Below, one piece after another: positions 56,244 through 64,000 of a DNA stretch of 64,000 bases. Position 1 is the stretch's first letter. Each line of letters starts with the position of its first letter. Under the pieces are notes generated by a model, which was not told the origin of the DNA, ran no database searches, and saw only the letters and a program-made list of their open reading frames with translations. This stretch comes from Histomonas meleagridis 2922-C6/04-290x (lineage: Eukaryota > Protista > Parabasalia), in contig JAANOX010000214.1 in NCBI GenBank assembly GCA_020184695.1, positions 1 through 64,000 of the forward strand, written 5' to 3'. The position numbers were made by a program, and so were the translations under genes.

Positions 56244-58166
56244 TCAATTTTTCTTCTTTGCCTCCTTTTCCATAGACAATTTCATCATCTCAGTAGTGTC
56301 AGGAAGTTCCGGAAATGTTGTTATGAGTTTTCGTATGTCTTCCACTTCTTGAAAAACATATCGCGAATTTTGAAAACTTTCGACAAGCTTCAACAGACTG
56401 ACGCAAGCTTGGCACTTCTGCACATTAGTGAGTCCTTCGATTTTATTTGGGTAAGAATTTTGAACATATATCAGATCTCGTTGAAGTGACCCGATAAAAG
56501 GCACGCATGGCTCTTTTGCAGATTTTAGCTCCTCTCTATAGTTATGAAAGTCGTTTTGGAACATACAAAGCTCGACAAGATTATCATATATTTTCTTTGT
56601 AGATCGATTGAGAAGTTTAAGCGATGCTTTGATGGTTTCTTTCATTCGTTGAACTGAGCGATGCGTAAGTGCGCACATTACTGTGAACACGCCATGGAAA
56701 TTATTCATTTCACGAAATGCAATAGCAGTATCAACCCAATGCTTGAAAACCTTTGCACGCGCCTTTGCATCTTCTCCTTGGATAACAGTAAGTTGTACGT
56801 AACGGGAAAACATGTCGAAATGTTGTGTAAGTTCATCAACATTATGTGAGCCTCCTCCTTTCTTCGTTCCCCAAATAGCAGTTAGAAGCTCTAGTGAACC
56901 TATACGACAGAAAATATCGTTGTGATAAAGTGATGCTTGCCTTGCAAGTTCGACAGGGTCCACATCCAATATAGTTTGGGGTGGCTCGTCGGTTAATATC
57001 GGTTGTGGGGTGACCAAAGAACTTTTCCTAACGGTCCTAAACGTTTGTTTTCCTTTCAAAATGTCGAGCGATGCACTGAGGATTGCAACCTGCATTTTAC
57101 AGTTAGGATCTTGCTCGAGGACTTTGACAAACTCTTCGACGGCATGTATCATGTCATCCGTAAATTGACTTGGTGACATCTTCACCCATGATGAAAGAAT
57201 ACGAACAACACGTGCTCGAACTTGTTTACGTTGTGATTCGGTCTTAATGTTTGAATCAGGGTTATTAATATCAACGTAATAACGAGTTAAAAGAGCACCA
57301 AGAAGTTTTGCAGGTGTTGCAAATGATGAAAATGTCATCAAAAACATTTTTTGGAATTCAATATTAGCAGACTCGGGATTTGTTAAAAACAACATTAGTT
57401 GATTGAAAGAAGCAGCTTGTGGAGCTGTACTATCGCCAATGTATTCAGACTTTTCCATAAAGACAGCTGTGTTTAAACGTTCCAGTTCATCGTGAACTTC
57501 ACCCTGTATGTCTAAGATGTTGTAAAATATTACAGCCGGGTTGACGTTTGGATTTATAATTGAAATTCCAAGTGGGCTGTCTTTTTCATCATCTGCGTCA
57601 TATCTTTCATTGTTAAATGGATTGAGTGACATAATGAGAGAACTATGGGGCATAGAAACATGAGGTTTTTGTGTTTTGGAAAAATCAGTGGTTTTTGCAT
57701 CTACTCTTCGAACTTTCCTTCGTGATCGTTTCTTCCGATGAGTAGTTGGTTGCTTAATATCATTTTTAGATGTGAATGGGTTCAAAGACATTACACTATT
57801 TTGTGGCAAAGACATTAATGTGAAAAAATTGGAACCATTTTGAGGGGAATCATTTTTCTTTAAAGGCCCAAGTGGAGTATGAGTGCTTTGGGTTCTTGGA
57901 GGAAATGGAGAAAAAGGTTTGGATAATAACGGATTATTTGTAGGAACTTGCAAACTTGTAGGAATACCGAGTTGCCCTGAAAACTGAGTTTTTGGAAGCG
58001 CGCCAGTAAGTGGAGAAGGTGCTTGTGAAAAATTTAATTGTGGAATACCTGCTGTTCCTGAAAATTGGGTTTTAGGAAGGTTGGGTTGGTGCGCATTGTG
58101 GTGTCCTGAGGGAGGGAGTGGTGGTCTTTTTTTATGAGGATGTTTTGGAACCTCTGTTTGTTCCAT
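56244..58166 (-). CDS. RasGEF domain protein
   Basis: REM region (FLMTFSSF) and CDC25 region (NNFHGVFTVMCAL, PCVPFIGS); Pro-rich N-terminus. Confidence 0.92.
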   Translation of the reverse strand: MEQTEVPKHPHKKRPPLPPSGHHNAHQPNLPKTQFSGTAGIPQLNFSQAPSPLTGALPKTQFSGQLGIPTSLQVPTNNPLLSKPFSPFPPRTQSTHTPLGPLKKNDSPQNGSNFFTLMSLPQNSVMSLNPFTSKNDIKQPTTHRKKRSRRKVRRVDAKTTDFSKTQKPHVSMPHSSLIMSLNPFNNERYDADDEKDSPLGISIINPNVNPAVIFYNILDIQGEVHDELERLNTAVFMEKSEYIGDSTAPQAASFNQLMLFLTNPESANIEFQKMFLMTFSSFATPAKLLGALLTRYYVDINNPDSNIKTESQRKQVRARVVRILSSWVKMSPSQFTDDMIHAVEEFVKVLEQDPNCKMQVAILSASLDILKGKQTFRTVRKSSLVTPQPILTDEPPQTILDVDPVELARQASLYHNDIFCRIGSLELLTAIWGTKKGGGSHNVDELTQHFDMFSRYVQLTVIQGEDAKARAKVFKHWVDTAIAFREMNNFHGVFTVMCALTHRSVQRMKETIKASLKLLNRSTKKIYDNLVELCMFQNDFHNYREELKSAKEPCVPFIGSLQRDLIYVQNSYPNKIEGLTNVQKCQACVSLLKLVESFQNSRYVFQEVEDIRKLITTFPELPDTTEMMKLSMEKEAKKKN

Positions 58167-58840
58167 ATCGAAAAACGAACGAAATTGTGATAACTTTTTC
58201 TGAACGTTGTTGTGCAGTTTTCATGTCATTTTGACCAATTATGTGTACAATTGAACCTTCTGATTTGAACGTTTTGGTTTTTACTGGTATTATCGGTTGA
58301 TCACGCGCAAACAATTTTTTAGAGCAGAAAATAATCTTTGGTCATAAATAAACTCGTGGCATGTATTTAACAAATGAAAACATTAAATATACTGAGAAAT
58401 GGTATCGGTAAAACTAATTTTAATCCTCTAATTCTGAAATTAGTTTGTAAATTGTTCATATATTTTCAGAATTTAATCACATATTATTACTCGGTTTATC
58501 GGTTTAGTATATTAATTATATAATAATTGCTTATTATTTTTAAAAAAATTTTAAATTTCGTTTTTTATCAGAATTTACGATAACGGTCACTGGCGGGGAA
58601 TTTTTTTTAAATTAGTAATCAACATATCTGATTCTCTTTTCCTTTGTACAACTAAGTAAAAGATATAATAATAGAAAATATGTCAAAAGCTGAAAAGAAA
58701 TTTTTGAAAATGCAAAAATACATTTACAGCTAATTATTCAAAATTTAGCTTAAGCTAAATTTGGCTTGAATTAGTGTGAAATTTCACAGCGTTAGTTATT
58801 TTCGCTAAGCCACAAATACTTATGAATCAATTTTTACTTG

Positions 58841-59848
58841 TTACGCGTTATTTCCCCAGCCTTTTCTTTTTGTTATTCTCTCTGGAAGTCCCTTCTTGCA
58901 GAACCCGAGTGCCGGATCTATTTCTTCCATTCCTGGGAACCCGGCCATTGACAACCCAAGCAATGAGAAGTGTGTGTGAATGATGTCAGGATCACTTTGC
59001 AAATTTGGTCGGAACATTCCAGAATCTTCTTTATAATTCGACATTATGAATGCAATAAGGCGCTCCTTGTCGACAATATCATCGTACCAGCCGAGAACTT
59101 TCAATGGTGATCCAATCCAAAATGAATAGCATGTATCGGTAAGCTTGTGTGTACGGCCATTGAACCCATCATCCTGGCGCTGGCTGAGCCAGTAAGCAAG
59201 CATTTTCTTGTCGCGGATGCGATCGAGAGCATCCCATAAATCAAGTGCTGCTATTGCACAATAAGTGGCACCACCGTGAGCTTCGTCACCTGGCTGATGT
59301 GCAAAGCCACCTTCATAAGTTTGACAATCTAAAAGATATTCAATTGACTTTTCAACATCAATTTCTTTTTCAGTTCCAAAGACTTTGGTAAGAAATGCAG
59401 CGCAGAAAACAAAACGAACATCATCTTCAGAGCCAAGATGATGGCCTTTGAAAGAGCCATTTGGTAATTGAAGTGATTTTACAAATTCCATAACACGAGG
59501 TACATTGACACGTGAAAGATCATCACCAAGTAAAAGAAGGATAGCAATAGAGCTATAAGTCATTGCAATGTGTGACTCTTCAACTGTATGATTTGGAGTG
59601 TAATGTGCTCCAGAATGTCGAAAACCACCATAAAGTGGAGGCTCTACTTGTTGTGAGTAAACCCAATCAATGATTTTTTGCTTTAGCTCTGGTTTAATTA
59701 CTTTATCAAGCTGACCAATTACAGCAAGACCATTAATGCAGAAATAAGCGATGTTATTAAGATTGATTTCTTGAGTTTCGTAATCGGCCGGTATACCTTT
59801 GATTAAAAAGGATAAGTAGCGAGAGATTGCTTTGGTATCAAGTTCCAT
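58841..59848 (-). CDS. PGGT1B: Geranylgeranyltransferase type I beta subunit
   Basis: SHIAMTYS, DVRFVFCA, EAHGGATYCA, GFNGRTHKLTDTCYSFW and DIIHTHF motifs. Confidence 0.85.
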   Translation of the reverse strand: MELDTKAISRYLSFLIKGIPADYETQEINLNNIAYFCINGLAVIGQLDKVIKPELKQKIIDWVYSQQVEPPLYGGFRHSGAHYTPNHTVEESHIAMTYSSIAILLLLGDDLSRVNVPRVMEFVKSLQLPNGSFKGHHLGSEDDVRFVFCAAFLTKVFGTEKEIDVEKSIEYLLDCQTYEGGFAHQPGDEAHGGATYCAIAALDLWDALDRIRDKKMLAYWLSQRQDDGFNGRTHKLTDTCYSFWIGSPLKVLGWYDDIVDKERLIAFIMSNYKEDSGMFRPNLQSDPDIIHTHFSLLGLSMAGFPGMEEIDPALGFCKKGLPERITKRKGWGNNA

Positions 59849-60027
59849 CCGGAGTGTGACGGTTTACAATTGTCAATGTTTGTCAGGTTGCAAAAGCGTT
59901 GGAAATAAACGTGCTCCAAACTGATGGAGTTCTTTTGGCCACAACTTGCTTAAGTTTACATGATTATAGTCAAATTTGCAATTTTTTAACGCATATTTTA
60001 TTAACAAAAAAAATTGATCGAAAGGAA

Positions 60028-60990
60028 TCAATTGCTTTGATATGGTGGCATTATGGGATTAGGCAAGCCTGAAGGAAGACGTCTTTTCTCAATATCATTT
60101 GATGGTGTCAATGGAATAGATATCTCTTGTACCTTTTTTGGGTCAATGTTTTCCCAATCAAACTTATCTTCCCAGCTTGCTCCGCATTCTTTCATTGCTT
60201 CAACCATGAAGGATATTATCAAAGAATAATTTGGTTGGTCTTCAAATTTCAATCTTCGAATCAGTCGATAAATACTCAACATCTGAGGTGGGAAAGTAGA
60301 CAATAAACTTCGAACGTCCGTAGTCACTTTCACATAAAAGAGCTTTTCCCTGTCAGAAAAACTCCATGGCAAACGACCAACTCTCATTTCAATCAAAGAA
60401 TAAAACCAACTATACAAATCGTCTCTTCGGCTTAATTCTTTCCCAAAATGAGCATTTGGAGAAGCATATTTTGCTGTGCCAACAAATCCATGATGAAATT
60501 GATTATTTTCCACTTTATAATATTTGCACGAAAGACCAAAATCGACAAGTGTAATAGGGTTAGATCTACTTGGGCGAATAAGGAAATTAGATGGCTTAAT
60601 GTCTCTATGAATATAGCCATGTTTGTGTAAAGATTCAATAGCAAGTAGCATTTCAATTCCAGAATGTAAAACAGTAGATATAGAAAAACGCTTATTGGGA
60701 AGTATCTTGCTTATTGATTTTAGTGAAGCTCCGCAAAGTTCCATAATTAAGAATCTGTATTCATTTGTTTCTGAGTATTTAATGAATTTAGGGAAAAATG
60801 GTGAATGCAAAGTTTTATATACATTAGCTTCTCTTTCTAAAGCTTTCTTTTTGGCCAACTTATCTTCAAGTTTCATAGCGAAGACTTTATTTGTTGAAAC
60901 ATCGCAAACTTGAAGAATTTTCCCAAACCCACCTTTTCCAATGAGTTTCGCAACAGCATAATTACCAATAATTTTCTTTTCATCCCTCAT
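60028..60990 (-). CDS. CK1-family kinase
   Basis: GKGGFG, HRDIKPSNF, DFG, GTAKYAS and SRRDDLYSW motifs. Confidence 0.93.
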   Translation of the reverse strand: MRDEKKIIGNYAVAKLIGKGGFGKILQVCDVSTNKVFAMKLEDKLAKKKALEREANVYKTLHSPFFPKFIKYSETNEYRFLIMELCGASLKSISKILPNKRFSISTVLHSGIEMLLAIESLHKHGYIHRDIKPSNFLIRPSRSNPITLVDFGLSCKYYKVENNQFHHGFVGTAKYASPNAHFGKELSRRDDLYSWFYSLIEMRVGRLPWSFSDREKLFYVKVTTDVRSLLSTFPPQMLSIYRLIRRLKFEDQPNYSLIISFMVEAMKECGASWEDKFDWENIDPKKVQEISIPLTPSNDIEKRRLPSGLPNPIMPPYQSN

Positions 60991-61155
60991 AAGGATGGAA
61001 ATGATTCAAGCAGTTGCTCCAACGTTACCAAAAAGTGACCAAAGCAATGTAAATAAATCAAAAAGTCCACGCAAAAAGTGTCAATAGATCCGAATATTGT
61101 CGATTCAAAAAGTGGGAATTAAAAAGTGCTCTTTCTATAAGAATAAAATAATTTT

Positions 61156-61218
61156 TCGGCTAGCCGATTCCCATTTAGGAAAGTATCTAATCACGACCCG
61201 CTCACCACATGTTTTTGA
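61156..61218 (+). repeat. 63 bp conserved non-coding element, copy 2
   Basis: Matches 16176-16238(-) at 55/63 without gaps. Confidence 0.85.
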
Positions 61219-61624
61219 AAATTCTAATTTTTACTTTTTTTTTTATAAAATTATTTTCCATTAGCATCACTGTATATCAAATATGCAAAATCAGAATTTA
61301 ACAAATTTTGTCCATCACAATATTTTTCCATTACACTCTTTTATTTTTATATTTTTATATCTCTACCTCAATGAGTTTCTTATTGTTTGCGGAGCGCATT
61401 CATTGTCTGAACTAAAATTGACCACACAACAGCAAAAGATTAAATTTTATTTATTCCAAATTTGGAACATGGAACTGATCGCCGCAACAATACATCTGCC
61501 GCAAAATGCATTCGCCAGCGCGAAGTATCATTATGAACAACGAAATATTTTGTCATTGCGCGCACGAATTTACATTTACATTAATTTATTTTTATTACTA
61601 CAAAACTTATTTCGATTTTACATT

Positions 61625-64000
61625 TTATTTTGATTTAAGGAATACTGCAGTTTCCTTTGCCTCTTGGTGTAACTTTGGATATTTACTCCGAGTTCTTGCA
61701 ATTCCAATACTTATTACTTCATGAATTTTTCTTCTATTTAATATCACGTTATTTCTCCTTGTGCAATGTTCACCGAATTGTCTTGCCGTCTTCATAAAAG
61801 CCAAAATTAAATCGTCATCGATATTATCCCTACCAATTTGTAATATGCTTTGAGCCAAATTATCCAATTCCAATAGTTGTGTTCTTTCTTCTTGTAATTG
61901 CTCATGAGATCCATCACCTTCAAAAAGGATTGCATAAAAGTTCTTTGCATAAGCACTATAACAATTAGCGATTGATATATACAATTGATTTGCATATTCT
62001 ATATCCGATTCATTTTCAAAGTTTAATACGCTTGAAGCTTTTCTAATTGTCGATAAAAGGTTTTCAAGTTTATGATGATGTTGTTGAAGAATACCAGCAG
62101 CTTCAGGTACATCACGTAAAGCTTCGAACATTGTCGCAATTGTTTGTATAATATATGGATGAATATCTTTTTTAGAAGGGTTATTCATAATTAAATCACA
62201 TAATGAATTAAATGCATCATCAAAAACTTTCATCATTAACATATTACGATTATATTTTTCGAATAATTCTCTTAACAATATAACACTTGCATTAATAACT
62301 CTTTCATTTCGTGAACTTAATCCTTGTTGAATTAATCCTAAACAATGATTAATTTGTTGTTCATTAAGTGCAGGTGGGAAACATTTAACTAATAATGATA
62401 ATGTCATTAATCCTTCTTCATAGATAAGACAATTTTGTTTTTGGATTAAACCAAATAGTAATTGGACAGTAGCTTGGAATTGATCTGGTGTAACAGTTGT
62501 TTTAATTTTTAATATGAATGAAGTGATTATCGAACAAAGTCCTGCTTGATAAGAATATAAAACACCTTCAGACATAAAACCATTTGCTGATTTCGCTAAA
62601 GTTTGAAATGTTTGTCCAAATAAGACTGATAACATTGGAATGTTCTCAGATTTCATATTCGATATTAAACCACAAACTCCTTCTGTTATTGATGTGATAG
62701 TACTAATTTTACTACTTTCATCACTACTTTCTGATTTGAGAACAAAATCTAACATACATTGGAACATATTATAAATTTGTTCAAAATATTGTGGTATGAT
62801 TGATTCATATGAATTCTTTTGAGAATATACACCTGATAAATAATATAATATCGTGGAATATCGTCCGATGATTATTAGTTCTTGTGGTGGTGGTAGTATA
62901 ATGTCTAATATGATTTTAATTGCATGGCGTGGATCAGATGCATTAGTGACTAAATCTGGATAATATTTTAATATTAATGACAGAACAAATAACGCTGTTT
63001 CTCTTAAATGTGGGGGTTGTTGTGACGAACAACATTCAACAACTTGATCAAGTACACTTGCTAAAAATGGTATAAATGCATTCGGATTTGTCGGACGTTC
63101 TAATATCGAATATATAAGTAATAATGCTGTATGTAAGTGTACCCAATTTTGTCCATTATTAATTAATTCCTTTGCTCGATTAGTACATAGATTAAATACA
63201 ATATCTGGCTCGACTTTATATATGGCTTGTAAAGTAGATGCAACAAACATATGTGGCTTTCGGGTTGTTTCGGTTTCAATCTCGATATCATTAGGATCAA
63301 TTGAAAGTAAAATGTTATAAAAGTTTTCGAAATACTCTTGAACAGCTGTTCTTGATAAATGTAACATTTCGCATTTGAATGTTGGGTTTGTTCGATATGA
63401 ATTTTCAAATTTTGCAAGTTCTTTCCAGAAATATATCGAAATGCTTTGATAATTAGGATCGATCATACTCATTCCTTGTGATACATAACCACTTATAATA
63501 TTCATGAAATTAGGTGAAAGAGGATAAAATTTCTTAATAATAAGAAGCATAATTTGATGAAGCGTTTTGAAAAGGTTCAAACTTAAAATAGAAATTGAGG
63601 GCTGAATACTTTGAAGAATTAGTGGAATCTTTGCTTGAACATTGTCATTAATTAATGAATCTGAAAGATGTAATATTGATAAATAGATTCCATGGCCTGC
63701 TGCTTGTCGAACTTCAGATGTTATAAGTTCTGGCATTTGTTCACTTGGTGTACTAAGTACTTTCAAAGCGCTAGCAAAAAAAATATTATAAATTGGCATG
63801 AGCTCATCAGTTTTAAGTTCTTGTTCGAAATTGGATAAATTAAGAATTTCCGTATAAATTTTGAACGATGTAATTAATGCATGAACGGAATTAACTGTGA
63901 GTGTCACAACATTATTTGCAATTTGTTGAAGAGTTTCAACCCATTGACCTGCTTCAATACCAAAAATAAATGCAAAGATTTGACATGAAACTTCTTGAAT
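61625..64000 (-). CDS. Importin-beta/karyopherin-like HEAT-repeat protein (5' end outside window)
   Basis: The frame stays open to base 64000; HEAT repeats; acidic loop IDPNDIEIE; W..L motif (GQWVETL). Confidence 0.75.
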   Translation of the reverse strand: MQEVSCQIFAFIFGIEAGQWVETLQQIANNVVTLTVNSVHALITSFKIYTEILNLSNFEQELKTDELMPIYNIFFASALKVLSTPSEQMPELITSEVRQAAGHGIYLSILHLSDSLINDNVQAKIPLILQSIQPSISILSLNLFKTLHQIMLLIIKKFYPLSPNFMNIISGYVSQGMSMIDPNYQSISIYFWKELAKFENSYRTNPTFKCEMLHLSRTAVQEYFENFYNILLSIDPNDIEIETETTRKPHMFVASTLQAIYKVEPDIVFNLCTNRAKELINNGQNWVHLHTALLLIYSILERPTNPNAFIPFLASVLDQVVECCSSQQPPHLRETALFVLSLILKYYPDLVTNASDPRHAIKIILDIILPPPQELIIIGRYSTILYYLSGVYSQKNSYESIIPQYFEQIYNMFQCMLDFVLKSESSDESSKISTITSITEGVCGLISNMKSENIPMLSVLFGQTFQTLAKSANGFMSEGVLYSYQAGLCSIITSFILKIKTTVTPDQFQATVQLLFGLIQKQNCLIYEEGLMTLSLLVKCFPPALNEQQINHCLGLIQQGLSSRNERVINASVILLRELFEKYNRNMLMMKVFDDAFNSLCDLIMNNPSKKDIHPYIIQTIATMFEALRDVPEAAGILQQHHHKLENLLSTIRKASSVLNFENESDIEYANQLYISIANCYSAYAKNFYAILFEGDGSHEQLQEERTQLLELDNLAQSILQIGRDNIDDDLILAFMKTARQFGEHCTRRNNVILNRRKIHEVISIGIARTRSKYPKLHQEAKETAVFLKSK

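Overview
AT-rich, intron-poor eukaryotic DNA with TCA(T/C)T-type initiator motifs just upstream of several ATGs and a trichomonad-type histone H3. It is most consistent with a parabasalid protist (Tritrichomonas/Histomonas/Trichomonas-like); this is an inference, not a database result. (1) 1-13.3 kb is a decayed endogenous DNA-virus/Maverick-Polinton-like island. It carries two copies of a candidate major capsid gene, KilA-N, a very divergent family-B DNA polymerase, a poxvirus-A22-type RuvC Holliday-junction resolvase, two inverted paralogues of a coiled-coil gene and a recurrent ~55 bp intergenic motif. A mariner is inserted in one island gene, and an intact glycosyltransferase-like gene sits in the middle. 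(2) 13.5-29 kb is an accessory zone. It holds ankyrin modules split by regular non-GT-AG spacers, histone H3 and a Stealth fragment. It also holds a 1.85 kb inverted duplication carrying an E2F-like gene, which brackets F-BAR/SH3, Elongin-B-like, mucin-like and Elongin-A-like genes and a 64 bp tandem repeat. (3) 29.6-64 kb is ordinary housekeeping DNA: SAPS, RPS4, CDF, kinases, DDB1-like, PMCA, BAP31, ITPK1, Arp2, Myb, Rab, RasGEF, GGTase-I beta and importin-beta-like. It also has a bacterial-type GNAT and a 63 bp element that recurs at 16.2 kb. All family calls come from motif recognition by eye; no searches were run.
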